From positions 124,001 to 188,000 of the IMG/VR virus record IMGVR_UViG_3300044797_000098: a stretch of 64,000 nt of DNA, one strand, 5' to 3'. The notes beneath the pieces were generated by a model that saw nothing but the letters and a program-made list of their open reading frames with translations, was not told where the DNA came from and did not search any database. A program made the translations under genes and the position numbers. Every line of letters starts with the position of its first letter. Position 1 is the stretch's first letter. This document shows, piece after piece, positions 21,485 through 32,131 of this stretch.

Positions 21485-21535
21485 TAAAACACAAATCCCG
21501 TAATATACAATATATCACGGGAAATTTATGTTTTA
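21485..21535 (-). terminator. Hairpin after tail tube gene (probable terminator/attenuator)
   Basis: Imperfect inverted repeat centred on CCCGTGATATA-TTG-TATATTACGGG followed by ATTTGTGTTTT on the minus strand. Confidence 0.55.
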
Positions 21536-21541
21536 GTTTTA

Positions 21542-22168
21542 TTAGACGTTTGAAAAATAATCAGTAATTAAACCTGGCGCATCCATTGAACCTAGACGCT
21601 GACCTGAGTCAGCAGCTTGCTCAATTGAATTGATTTGTAGTATGCTTGAACCGTATAGACCACCTGTTGCAGCAATACCGCCATTCAATGTTGAATATAT
21701 ACCTTCTGCCTCAAATGTCATTTTTTCAGTAATTATCCACATATCTGCACGAAAATCAACGCTGATATTTTTTATCCATACATTTTTTATTGTTGTAACG
21801 ATTGCATTATTACCATCACCATTTGATATATCATACACGTCAATATCGAACGGAATACGTTGCGCGTGTGCATGAATAAATCCACGTCGAAATGCTTCTG
21901 TTATTCTGGCTCGATCAAATCTTATTCTATCACAAGAACCGGTGATATTTGTGCTTTTTGTTGGAGCTGAATCTATGTGACCATCTGTTCCAACTTCATC
22001 AACCATTGTTATTGTTCGATCTTCTTGGAAACTTATAGTTTGGATTGCTCCAACAGCAGTTGCACCAACACGAATGACTATATTCGTTGATAGCTGTGTT
22101 AATGTAGCATCATATCCAGTGACTGGTTGCTCTGTTATGCTTCCTGTATTTGGCGCAAGATTCGTCAT
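21542..22168 (-). CDS. Tail tube protein (208 aa)
   Basis: VGAIQTISFQEDR...IPFDIDVYD...TTIKNVWIKN...ITEKMTFEAE; directly after sheath; SD AGGAG. Confidence 0.85.
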   Translation of the reverse strand: MTNLAPNTGSITEQPVTGYDATLTQLSTNIVIRVGATAVGAIQTISFQEDRTITMVDEVGTDGHIDSAPTKSTNITGSCDRIRFDRARITEAFRRGFIHAHAQRIPFDIDVYDISNGDGNNAIVTTIKNVWIKNISVDFRADMWIITEKMTFEAEGIYSTLNGGIAATGGLYGSSILQINSIEQAADSGQRLGSMDAPGLITDYFSNV

Positions 22169-22182
22169 TCGTTATCTCCTAA

Positions 22183-24966
22183 TTATGCTATTATTCCAAC
22201 ACTAACTGTTATATAAATCCAATCGATTGGATAAGTTGGCTGCACCTGAACCGTTATATCCCATTGACGAGGCTCAACACTATCACGCACAACGGTTGGT
22301 TCCGTGTAGCTAGTAATCAATCCTTGTGCTTGGAATCCTCGTAGCAATGCGATTGTTCGTGTAAGCAGTGTTGCTTGTGTGTCTGTATTTTCTGGTGTTC
22401 CAATATATTCTTTGAATCCGCTTCTCATTGCTTTTGCGAGACGATCTCTAATGAATACGATTGAAATCTCTTGTTCTTCTGGTGCTCCGCTTTGTGAGGT
22501 TGTTATACCCCACAATACCGCACCACCGCCAGCAACTGGTTGTAACGGAGCTACTCCGGCATCAGCCAAGCTAGACAATACCGTTGAACTTACCATTCTA
22601 TTTGATTGAATAGTAAATCCGCTCAGATTTTTATTAGTTAGTGGTTGAGCTATATTTGCACTACCAGATGTGTAACCAGCAGCAGCTGCTGCGATGTAGA
22701 AACCATCAATTATTTGATTACTTCCGCCAACTTGAACAACAATCTGATCTGGCCAGAAATACACAGCTCTATATGTATTACCATATGCAGCTGCAACTGA
22801 GTAATTGGCCAAATCTTCGGTATTACCAGACAATACATCCTGTATTGTTGCACCTTGAATGCCTTCGAGTACTCCAATGTTTTCGACAGCAGCTAACGAA
22901 GCTCCGGTTAGATTGCTTGGAGTTAATCCGTTTATTGCTCCTATAAACAATACGCGCTCTTTTCTATTCAATGGATTGCTCATCGCAATACAATGATTTA
23001 GTGAGTTTTCAAAAATAACCGATATTGTTTGTAATGGAAGCGGGACTAGTATATCTAGTTCCTGTGCTTCCAATGTGGCAAGAGCCGTTTCCCAACCAGC
23101 ATCGAAGAATGTTGCATCCTGCACATCTACGATTGTTACTCGTAATGAGTTATTATTGGGAACAATGTTATGATTTAGAACTAAATAATCACTAGTTTGT
23201 GATGGATCCAATACTTCGTATTTAAGATTATGCTCACTAATAAATGATTTGGCAATAGTTAGTGTATTGGAACCAGAATTGTATGATGTAATATCATATA
23301 TACCGATATTTGAAGCATCAGCAGATGCTGTTATTTTCAATTTTAGCCCAAGAGCTATTACATTGAACGGATTGAAATTAACTGAAATGCTGCTCAATGT
23401 ACCAGTTGCAGTGTTTGGAATTGCAATCAATGCTCCATCAGAACCGGTGCTACCGGCAACAACTTCTCCGAAAATTGGATCAACCAATTCAAAAGTTGTA
23501 GTTGGATCATTAATAAAATCAGCAAATGGCGGAGTTGAACTAGCAAGTATTTGAAGCTTACCGCCAACAACACCAACTATCGAGAATATACCAACATTTG
23601 TATTATTTACCGCATCAATAATTGAAAGCTCTTTACCAACATATGATGATGTGAATGTTATAGATGAGCTAAATAATGCATTTATTTGTGTAGTTAAATC
23701 TCGATTGATATAACCATCTTGACCAAAATTAAGTGTAGCAACTGTTTGCGTAACTGAATATGAGAATGAGTTTCCTGCTGGAGGAAGAGCGTTGTCAAAA
23801 ACGAACTCTGATATAGTTGGCTGACCGGCCTCTCCAAGAGTAAAAAACTCAAATTTATTTGCTAATAGTTGTTTTTCAACTCCCGTTGCTGGATTTGTCA
23901 CGAAGATATCGATATTTGAATTTGGATCTGGCGATACTCCAAGAGGAAGCGGAATTACGAAATCATTAACGTTTGTTGATGTAGCAGGAAAACTAGTTTC
24001 TAATACGTAAGAAATACGTCGTGGAAGAGGAGGAGCAGCCTGTAAACACATAATACCAGGAGGCGTATTAGCAAATGCTAACTGACAACCGAGAGATAAT
24101 GTATTGGTTAGGCTTGGAAGACCGTGTTTGGTATTTAGTTGTTGAACTGATGTAAAAAATGTTGGGCTATTTATATCAGCAACAGCGATATATGTGGCAG
24201 TTAGGCTATCATTTTTGGTTAGCACACCGCTTGATACTTGAATAGTAAAATAATCACCAGGTCGGAAGGGTGATATCGTTGTTGGACCATTCATAGTTTC
24301 TGATATTGAAAACATCAATATACTATTTGATACAATTTGATTATTTGCAACCCATACTGTTGGATTACCATTTGCATCTAAAACATTGCCAGATACGGAA
24401 CCAAATGCAACGAATTGTGCAGTTCCAGCAATAGGTTGATTTAGATTGTTTCGTTGAACTGAAACGCATTTAATAGTCCAAGTTTCGTTTGGGGCATTTA
24501 AATCAACGAGTGAAAGATTTTGAACGGTACCAACACCAACGTTTGTAGGACCAGTTAAATAAAATGTTCCACCTTGATCAACAAAATGTGCCTGTTGAAG
24601 TTCAATTTGACCATTTGAAATATCTATTCTATAATCATAAGTAAAAGGAAATGGATTTTGATCTATTGATTGCTCTAATCCTTGAAGCAGGACTCCGTTT
24701 TTATATAACTGTTCTCGTTTTGAGATGATAGGAGCATATTGAAGAAGAAAATGTCTTCCGTCACTACCGTTAGTTGATGTGTAATAACCATCTAACCCAT
24801 CATTACCGCCACCAACAGCAGAAGATACGATGATTTCTTGACGAGCACCCTCACCGATTATGCAGGTAATTCTAGCACCACCAGGCACTGATGCGCCAGT
24901 ACTTTGTGTTATGACGTTGGTGATTACACCAGGAAGAACGTTATTTGCAGACGGTATGTTTGCCAT
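22183..24966 (-). CDS. Contractile tail sheath protein with inserted domains (927 aa)
   Basis: N-terminal LPGVITNVI; C-terminal QEISIVFIRDRLAKAMR...VQVQPTYPIDWIYITV typical of sheath proteins. Confidence 0.9.
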   Translation of the reverse strand: MANIPSANNVLPGVITNVITQSTGASVPGGARITCIIGEGARQEIIVSSAVGGGNDGLDGYYTSTNGSDGRHFLLQYAPIISKREQLYKNGVLLQGLEQSIDQNPFPFTYDYRIDISNGQIELQQAHFVDQGGTFYLTGPTNVGVGTVQNLSLVDLNAPNETWTIKCVSVQRNNLNQPIAGTAQFVAFGSVSGNVLDANGNPTVWVANNQIVSNSILMFSISETMNGPTTISPFRPGDYFTIQVSSGVLTKNDSLTATYIAVADINSPTFFTSVQQLNTKHGLPSLTNTLSLGCQLAFANTPPGIMCLQAAPPLPRRISYVLETSFPATSTNVNDFVIPLPLGVSPDPNSNIDIFVTNPATGVEKQLLANKFEFFTLGEAGQPTISEFVFDNALPPAGNSFSYSVTQTVATLNFGQDGYINRDLTTQINALFSSSITFTSSYVGKELSIIDAVNNTNVGIFSIVGVVGGKLQILASSTPPFADFINDPTTTFELVDPIFGEVVAGSTGSDGALIAIPNTATGTLSSISVNFNPFNVIALGLKLKITASADASNIGIYDITSYNSGSNTLTIAKSFISEHNLKYEVLDPSQTSDYLVLNHNIVPNNNSLRVTIVDVQDATFFDAGWETALATLEAQELDILVPLPLQTISVIFENSLNHCIAMSNPLNRKERVLFIGAINGLTPSNLTGASLAAVENIGVLEGIQGATIQDVLSGNTEDLANYSVAAAYGNTYRAVYFWPDQIVVQVGGSNQIIDGFYIAAAAAGYTSGSANIAQPLTNKNLSGFTIQSNRMVSSTVLSSLADAGVAPLQPVAGGGAVLWGITTSQSGAPEEQEISIVFIRDRLAKAMRSGFKEYIGTPENTDTQATLLTRTIALLRGFQAQGLITSYTEPTVVRDSVEPRQWDITVQVQPTYPIDWIYITVSVGIIA

Positions 24967-25068
24967 TGAAGAATCCTTAGTTAGTAAGTCCTGCTAAAAT
25001 AAATGTATTATTATTGCTATTAATCATATGCTATTATTCTTTATTATGCCGTGATTTTTTATTCACTA

Positions 25069-25860
25069 TTACAAGTTTCCCATGACATCGGTTATATTTT
25101 CGGATATATTAATTGTTAGGTTAGGTGCCACCACACCGGGAGGTGATGGTAATCTCGTAAATTCTATGCTTAGATTAATTACATCTATAATATTAGATAT
25201 AGGGATATGGCGATGCCACTCCGATCTGATTTGTAGTGTTATAGTCTGAACGAATAAATGATCATTTCGATCGTCACGTTCTGTTGGTGCCCCAGCAGAT
25301 ACTTTACTAACTATCAATCCTGATTTTACTAAATCATTAAATGCAAGATCAACGAATAACAAAGAAATTAAATCAACTAAATCATCTCTCGCTCTAAGAT
25401 CTCTTGCCATCACATCTATATTAATTGAACCTTCCCATGCTCCAGCAAAAATAAAATATTCTGGGACAGGAAAGTTTTTCATATTACCATATCCGTCTTG
25501 AATTATTAAATTTCCCCATTTTACAACGCCAGTTTCCCTATTCATAGATATTGGAACAGATGTTGAACCACCATGTCTAACAATTATTGCTGGATAATAA
25601 ATAATATCAAAACGATACGATTCTCCTATAAAAACTCTAGTTGTTATATTGTCAGTATAACCAACATTTTGCGGTAAATTAGTATGGTCAGGAGTTTGAG
25701 GATAACCCCATAGATCATGAGCATAATGATAATATGAATCACGTGAAAAAAAATCTCGTAATGTTGCAATGATTAGTTCTTTTGGATATAACGTCATCGA
25801 GTTCTGGACGACATTATAGATTCCATCTAAATCTGAACGGTAAAAATTGTTAGTTACCAT
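25069..25860 (-). CDS. Probable tail terminator/completion protein (263 aa)
   Basis: YPAIIVR...WEGSINIDVMARDLRARDDLVD...TITLQIRSEW; just upstream of sheath. Confidence 0.55.
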   Translation of the reverse strand: MVTNNFYRSDLDGIYNVVQNSMTLYPKELIIATLRDFFSRDSYYHYAHDLWGYPQTPDHTNLPQNVGYTDNITTRVFIGESYRFDIIYYPAIIVRHGGSTSVPISMNRETGVVKWGNLIIQDGYGNMKNFPVPEYFIFAGAWEGSINIDVMARDLRARDDLVDLISLLFVDLAFNDLVKSGLIVSKVSAGAPTERDDRNDHLFVQTITLQIRSEWHRHIPISNIIDVINLSIEFTRLPSPPGVVAPNLTINISENITDVMGNL

Positions 25861-25863
25861 AAA

Positions 25864-26103
25864 TTAATATCCATCCTTTATATTATTAATTATATTTGTA
25901 ATATCTAATAAACTATACCCATCTTGGATAGTATTTATTATATTTGTAAAAGATAAAAGAGTAATAGCTTTTTCTACGTATTTTAATCCATGGCATTCTT
26001 CACATTTAATTAATACATTTATTTTACCAATTTTTTTATGAGTATCTGGTACTCCAGCACATGCATCACATACAGATTTTAACGTAATCATCCAGTTTTT
26101 CAT
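25864..26103 (-). CDS. Small Zn-finger protein (CxxC...CxxCxG), 79 aa, ending in DGY
   Basis: Start moved to ATG 26103 (SD AGGTGG, next to upstream stop); CDACAG...CEECHG. Confidence 0.6.
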   Translation of the reverse strand: MKNWMITLKSVCDACAGVPDTHKKIGKINVLIKCEECHGLKYVEKAITLLSFTNIINTIQDGYSLLDITNIINNIKDGY

Positions 26104-26104
26104 T

Positions 26105-27202
26105 TTACCACCTGTATTTAATTCTAATTGGTGAAAAATATACACCTGTTGGAATTAGACCGGAATATGTTGATAACTTAAATACATATCCAATTGATAT
26201 AGTTAGTGATGATTGCAATGTATTAAAATAATATTGTAAATTATTTTGTATTGCAGAATTAATTACTAAATAATAAGTACCTGCTTGTATTGCGGTTAAT
26301 CCAGGACCAGTTAATACTGTTTGTTGGGTATTAGCAACACCAAATTGTGGATTTAACCCAGCACATTGTGTTTGCGCATCTAACATAGAACTATAGCCCG
26401 TAACATCATAATCAGTAAAACCACTGGTAATTGTAATAGTAATTGTAGTTGTATTTTGATCGATAGGATCTCCAGTATTAGTAGCATATATACCCTGTTT
26501 TATTTCTAAAATCTGAGTATCTATTGGAATGACTTCTGATATATTAAAAACCCTAAAATAACCATGCTGATTAGCATCTACTAAAGTTAAGGTAGCATAT
26601 GTAGATGGTCCGGATGCAGCATTAGCATATGCGCTCCCAAATGTTGAATTATCACTAATCCCATCATCATTGTATGGACCAACTGAGGTACTACTCCATA
26701 ATTTTTCGCCAACCAAAATCGGCAACATAGAATAAGCTGTTTGATTTTTATTATTATTATAAGTCGAGCCAACGCTCAATCCAGTAGGAGTTGGATTTAC
26801 TCCTTTAACGAGATTTTCATCAGTACCATTATCTAAAGTTGTGCCATCGACATGGTATCCATCAAAAACATTATCGGTAATTATTTGATCATCAGTAGAA
26901 TTACAAACTATATATGCATATATAGTTGTAGTATCTCTAATAAATATGTTATTTTTTACAATACTAGAGGTACCACCTGATAAAACTAAATTGGCACTAC
27001 TACTGCCAGCTCCAAACTGTGCTGGTGCTGCCATACCAGAAAAATAATTATTTGTAATACTTGTATCTGATGTCGTTCCCACACAATTAAAATATGAGTA
27101 AGTAATTGATGTACTCGCAGGATTACCATCTGGTGTATAAGTACCATAATCGAATGAATTACCATCTATAATTATATTATTAATAGGAGTACTGAAAACC
27201 AT
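26105..27202 (-). CDS. Beta-helix-containing virion protein (365 aa)
   Basis: Starts with beta-helix-like rungs (NIIIDGNSF, SITNNYF, IVKNNIF, IITDNVF); abuts the upstream gene in frame. Confidence 0.6.
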   Translation of the reverse strand: MVFSTPINNIIIDGNSFDYGTYTPDGNPASTSITYSYFNCVGTTSDTSITNNYFSGMAAPAQFGAGSSSANLVLSGGTSSIVKNNIFIRDTTTIYAYIVCNSTDDQIITDNVFDGYHVDGTTLDNGTDENLVKGVNPTPTGLSVGSTYNNNKNQTAYSMLPILVGEKLWSSTSVGPYNDDGISDNSTFGSAYANAASGPSTYATLTLVDANQHGYFRVFNISEVIPIDTQILEIKQGIYATNTGDPIDQNTTTITITITSGFTDYDVTGYSSMLDAQTQCAGLNPQFGVANTQQTVLTGPGLTAIQAGTYYLVINSAIQNNLQYYFNTLQSSLTISIGYVFKLSTYSGLIPTGVYFSPIRIKYRW

Positions 27203-30200
27203 TTATGTTCCTATTCTTGTATCTGTGATTAATCCAACTGGCTGTATATTTACTAATCCGCCATCAAAAAATGTACAAAAGTTAGTATCATATGCAGTAA
27301 ACTTATTATTTTTTATAATGACTGGGGCGTATCCAGTAGTATCTGTTGCTGGCACCCTATTAGCTATATACATAAATGCACAAGTATTATCTACAATTTT
27401 TAATGCTCCAGTGAATATACCTGAGTTATTTGGGAACGATCCTGCTGGTAAATCTAGAGTAGAATTATATGCAATACCGCTTGCATATCCAGTGAATATA
27501 TATTTACAAGTATTATTAGATATTGTTAGATTGCTCATCTTGTCAGCTTGAAATGTAGTATTTGGTAAAATTGAATTTGGCAAATCTTGTTTTGTCGTTA
27601 TATTAATAGCTCCACAGCTATTGTTGGAAATGAATGTATTTGTTGTGCAAATTGCATCATACACAACAAGACCGACATTTGTTGGAGCAATTTCTATAAG
27701 TTGATTTTTATTACAATAGTTATTAGTTATCAGACAGTTATTCAATCTTGTTCCAGTTGTTGTTGTAGGCGCCACGCTTGGACCGGTTATTGCAATTACA
27801 GCGAACTTATCATCTGCATTTGCTGCTGTTGATACGAATTTATTATTCGTTATTTTTATACCTTCCGCGAAACAAAGAGAATTAAGATATATCATTGATA
27901 TAAAAGGGAATCTATTTAAACTTGGTGATGTAAATATACAACTATCAATGGTGATATTTTCTAAACCGCTCGTCGTAATATTCGAGAATATACACGCCTT
28001 GGCCGGACTTGCAGGATTAGTTATAGTAAAATTAGAATCACTTGTTGCGTCATATGTATAATTAATATTACAAGTAGAGAACGTACTATTATTTGCAAGC
28101 GTAAATCCAACTGCACAAGGAACTGTGATATTACAATTTGTAAATGCAGTATTATTTGATAGTATAAAACTTGTACCACTAGCAGATCCAACGGTTATGG
28201 TAGAATTATTGAATGCTGTGTTGGTTCCTATTGATACACCTGATACCGTTGTTATAGTACAATTATTTATTACTGCATTAGAACCGAAAGAACTTAATGC
28301 ACCAAATGGACCTATGGTGCTTCCAGTAAATGCACAATTAGATCCGAAAATCATTGATGTATTTGATAGTGTTACGGTACAATTTGTGAATATTGTGGCA
28401 GTTCCAAATGTTATAGAGCTTTCTGGGAAAGTAATTGTACAATTTGTGAAAGATATATTATTACCAAATGATACTGTATTAGATGGAAAATTAATCGTAC
28501 AATTTATAAATGATATATTATTTCCAACTAATAATGTTGAGGTGGATGCATTGATTATTATATTAGAAAAAGTAATATTATTTACTAATGAAACGTTGGA
28601 TGTTCCAAAATTTAATATGCCATCATTACCATTGAAAACCACTTTTGTAGAATATCCGATTGATATTGAAGGTGATGTAAATGTTACCTCTCCTCTAATA
28701 TCTACATTAACTCCGTTGGGATTATTTGTAGTATTAGTATATGATATAAAGTTTGTAAATTGAGATATCCAAGAATTTAAAGAATCAATTGTCCTGAACT
28801 GACCCTCCGAACTTAATATGAACGAGTCGGTTATTCCAGAATAACCATTAGAAACAAATCTTCGTGCATCAACAATGGATAGCGAAGAAATTGAACCACT
28901 AGTGACGGTCGCTGTAACGATATATAATGGAGCAACATCCGTATAATTTGATACCAAATTACTAAAATAAGTTCCACGTATAGGATATGTTTGTCCTGAT
29001 GCCGGATTTGTTACATAAAATATTCTATTTTGATCCAGAGACCCATACGTTCCAACGAGTGACGGACTATAATCTGTTGATGCGATTAATTCTATTTCAG
29101 ATTTATTATTAGCACATATGAACCAAGTTATTGTATTTACCGTTGTAGTGAATGCTGGATATAAAGACTCTATCAAAGTTGGAATGGTAATATTAGTTTC
29201 ATTTATAGAAATTATATTACCATTTATTAAAGCTATTCCGCCATTGAAAGATATTATATTTGAGGACAAGGATTCATTATCAAAACCATTTACTACACCA
29301 TTTTGATTTAATAATCTTGTTGGAGCATTAATATAATTAAGTGCGGAACTCGTAAATTGCTCTTCACTAACGTTTCCAAACTCTCGCTCATCTTTTAGAT
29401 ATGATACCTGTTTCGTAATGTCATTAATTTGACAGCTCGAAACAAGCATAATTTCTTCATCTAATTCTAATGTTAAAAATAACTGGATATCTAATGTTTT
29501 ATTAGAAAAACTGCTAACTGATAGATTTAAATCTATAATAAAATCTATATAATCTATATTGGTTTCATCATAAAATCTAACTATCTCTCCTTTTTTACCA
29601 GTGGTGAGAGGCCCTAAATTAGTTGTAGTTAAAGATACAGGATTCCATCTTGCTAAATATCCTGTATATACACCGCTATTTTGATCATAATTATTAATTA
29701 TTAATCTAATTTCTTTATCATTATTTGTTGTAGTATAGCCTCGTAATTTTGGAGAAACTCTATATAAATTAATATTAGATATATCTAATCCAGTATTTAT
29801 AAATCTGGCTCGTTCGTGCATAAATGTATGGCCATTACCATCGACATAAATCTCAAAAAACCTCTTGAATGGACCAACAGTGGTTGCATCAAAAACATTT
29901 TCTGCATCAAAAGATACTGAGTCATCTGAAAAATAAACGAATACTGGTATATTATTTGACGTTGCTGCTGGAGAAGTACCGGCTGCATGAACACCATCAT
30001 ATACGGTTATATTTGTGTAAGCAGCTGGCGTTGAACAATTTTGAAATGAAATGGCCTTAATAGTAAATCTGCCGTAATCTCTAAAATTAAATCTAGAATC
30101 TGATGTTGGAAAAGCTGGTTGTATAACGATAGTTTTGCCAACAGCTAATCCAGAATTAGATAGATCTAGATTTATTTGATATACTACCTCTACCCTATTT

Positions 30201-32122
30201 GGTAAAACATTAGTGTATGGTGGAGGAAGAATAGTCGCTGGCCAATAACCGTCTCCAAATGAATCTTGAATATTATTCAACAGATTAGGATCAGATCTTA
30301 AACTATCACGCTCTACACCATTCGTATAAAAAAAGTTTCTTTTTAGTGGATAGAATAGGAGTGTGGGATTAAACATCGCTGCTGCAACAGTGGCATATGC
30401 TGTTGTTGGAGGAGGACTAGATATGTTGGCTCCGCCTAACCCTATTCCAAGAGGATCTATGGAATTAAAGTTATCAACTACGTTGTTGGGAAATGATGAT
30501 AGTGATGAACTAGTATAATTTCCATTTGTATCTACAGTACCGCTCACGATACTAAAACTTGCATTATTATATGGATCCGCAAGCATTATTCCGAACTGTC
30601 CAGAATACTCAAAAGCTATAAATCTATAATTAAATCCTGGTACTCTAAATGCTATATTTATATTATTTACTACATCATCTAATGTATATTGTCCGGGTGT
30701 TGCTCCTTGATTCCCGGTTACATCTATTGCCGGTAATGGAATTATAGTTGAGGTGTTACCTGTTGGTAACAAATATAAATATAAATTATAATGACTTGAA
30801 TCAAACTTAGATGAATTAAAACCGTTGCCAAGTGCAGCAGCAGCTCGTGGGCTTGCTATTATCAAACTCTCATAATTACCAGTATAATTTGGGGAACGAG
30901 CAGAAGCTAATACGCCGTATTTTCCTCTATGAAAAGTTGATTTATCTATTCGCGCTAATGCATTAACATTAGAGATTGGATTTTTTCCATTTATTCTAAC
31001 AGCATAGTTTCTTACATTTCCTATAACATTTGATTTTGTTGAATCAATAATAAATTGATATGATATACCAGTCCCATAATTAATCGTTAGTAGATCACCT
31101 GGTTGTACCTGAGCAAATTGTGCATCAAAATTAAAAGTACTTAATTGCGTCGCAGTTGGACTAAATAAAATAACATCATCACCATTAATAAAACTATCAA
31201 CTGGTGACGAAGCCATTGGGCCTGGCGGGACATTTAGAGAATATGCTATTGCTGGTGTTGGCGGAACAAGTGGCTCCCCATAACCATCTGCCAAAAAACT
31301 AGATGCTCTTGATGTTCTAGAAATACCGTTAGCATATAGATTTTGTACACGACTACCAAGTAATAATAAACTAGAATTATCAAAATATTCTATTATACTT
31401 TGTATATCTTCATTTGATTGTGGTATAGTGGTAAAGTTGCTTGAAATTACACTAATACCACTTGCCATATGTGCGTAATTTATTGGTGGTACAGTCCCAC
31501 CAGATGTTGGCGTTACATTTGTACTACCATCCAATTTTTCATGAACAACCAAATCATTACTAATATCTTCGATTAATAAATCTGCATTGGTCGTATTTCT
31601 ATTTATTACATTGGTACCGGATGATGGTAAAACAGTTGGATTAGTTTTTACGAATGGTGTAGTCTGATCAACACGAATAGCTGAAAGAAAGTGATTGTAA
31701 TTTGTTCCATCAATATGTGGTTCTAATTTTACACCAGTTAAACTTAAGAAACCATTTAATACATCTATTGAGTTCTGTAATGTCAAAATTAATGTATATA
31801 GCGATGATGTTGAATATACTAAACTTAGTTTTGATTCTTGTATTGCTGCGGTTGGAGATATTTGCGCATCCGTTATTGGCAATGTGACCAGGCCAATACC
31901 AACTAATGCTGATGGCATAATTGTTCCATCAGGATTTAATGATACAGATAGACGCTGTGCTATTGAGCCAGTAGAGCCTTGTGCATTAATACCAATATTT
32001 GATTCAACTGCAAACATTGCTGAGCGTAGAGCATTAATAGCATCACCACCAATACTGGTAATGTTATCATCAACCTGTGGCAATTCAGCATTAGAATCTA
32101 TTTGAAAAGGAAAATTACTCAC
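27203..32122 (-). CDS. Large tail fibre/tailspike-like protein with C-terminal beta-helix (1639 aa)
   Basis: N-terminal FPFQIDSNAELP...INALRSAMFAVESNIG attachment-type segment; C-terminal ~20-aa repeats NNISFxNCTIxF. Confidence 0.7.
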   Translation of the reverse strand: MSNFPFQIDSNAELPQVDDNITSIGGDAINALRSAMFAVESNIGINAQGSTGSIAQRLSVSLNPDGTIMPSALVGIGLVTLPITDAQISPTAAIQESKLSLVYSTSSLYTLILTLQNSIDVLNGFLSLTGVKLEPHIDGTNYNHFLSAIRVDQTTPFVKTNPTVLPSSGTNVINRNTTNADLLIEDISNDLVVHEKLDGSTNVTPTSGGTVPPINYAHMASGISVISSNFTTIPQSNEDIQSIIEYFDNSSLLLLGSRVQNLYANGISRTSRASSFLADGYGEPLVPPTPAIAYSLNVPPGPMASSPVDSFINGDDVILFSPTATQLSTFNFDAQFAQVQPGDLLTINYGTGISYQFIIDSTKSNVIGNVRNYAVRINGKNPISNVNALARIDKSTFHRGKYGVLASARSPNYTGNYESLIIASPRAAAALGNGFNSSKFDSSHYNLYLYLLPTGNTSTIIPLPAIDVTGNQGATPGQYTLDDVVNNINIAFRVPGFNYRFIAFEYSGQFGIMLADPYNNASFSIVSGTVDTNGNYTSSSLSSFPNNVVDNFNSIDPLGIGLGGANISSPPPTTAYATVAAAMFNPTLLFYPLKRNFFYTNGVERDSLRSDPNLLNNIQDSFGDGYWPATILPPPYTNVLPNRVEVVYQINLDLSNSGLAVGKTIVIQPAFPTSDSRFNFRDYGRFTIKAISFQNCSTPAAYTNITVYDGVHAAGTSPAATSNNIPVFVYFSDDSVSFDAENVFDATTVGPFKRFFEIYVDGNGHTFMHERARFINTGLDISNINLYRVSPKLRGYTTTNNDKEIRLIINNYDQNSGVYTGYLARWNPVSLTTTNLGPLTTGKKGEIVRFYDETNIDYIDFIIDLNLSVSSFSNKTLDIQLFLTLELDEEIMLVSSCQINDITKQVSYLKDEREFGNVSEEQFTSSALNYINAPTRLLNQNGVVNGFDNESLSSNIISFNGGIALINGNIISINETNITIPTLIESLYPAFTTTVNTITWFICANNKSEIELIASTDYSPSLVGTYGSLDQNRIFYVTNPASGQTYPIRGTYFSNLVSNYTDVAPLYIVTATVTSGSISSLSIVDARRFVSNGYSGITDSFILSSEGQFRTIDSLNSWISQFTNFISYTNTTNNPNGVNVDIRGEVTFTSPSISIGYSTKVVFNGNDGILNFGTSNVSLVNNITFSNIIINASTSTLLVGNNISFINCTINFPSNTVSFGNNISFTNCTITFPESSITFGTATIFTNCTVTLSNTSMIFGSNCAFTGSTIGPFGALSSFGSNAVINNCTITTVSGVSIGTNTAFNNSTITVGSASGTSFILSNNTAFTNCNITVPCAVGFTLANNSTFSTCNINYTYDATSDSNFTITNPASPAKACIFSNITTSGLENITIDSCIFTSPSLNRFPFISMIYLNSLCFAEGIKITNNKFVSTAANADDKFAVIAITGPSVAPTTTTGTRLNNCLITNNYCNKNQLIEIAPTNVGLVVYDAICTTNTFISNNSCGAINITTKQDLPNSILPNTTFQADKMSNLTISNNTCKYIFTGYASGIAYNSTLDLPAGSFPNNSGIFTGALKIVDNTCAFMYIANRVPATDTTGYAPVIIKNNKFTAYDTNFCTFFDGGLVNIQPVGLITDTRIGT
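28080..28620 (-). repeat. Tandem ~20-aa beta-solenoid repeats within the 1639-aa protein
   Basis: NNISFINCTINFPSNTVSFG / NNISFTNCTITFPESSITFG / TATIFTNCTVTLSNTSMIFG / SNCAFTGSTIGPFGALSSFG; boundaries approximate. Confidence 0.8.
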
Positions 32123-32131
32123 TATTAGCCC

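Noticed and set aside
1768-24966. Bacterial extracellular contractile injection system / T6SS with patatin effectors
   Set aside because: Neck proteins, a probable capsid gene, a frameshifted chaperone pair, a holin-like gene and many homing endonucleases point to a phage; no eCIS AAA ATPase or T6SS membrane-complex genes are seen
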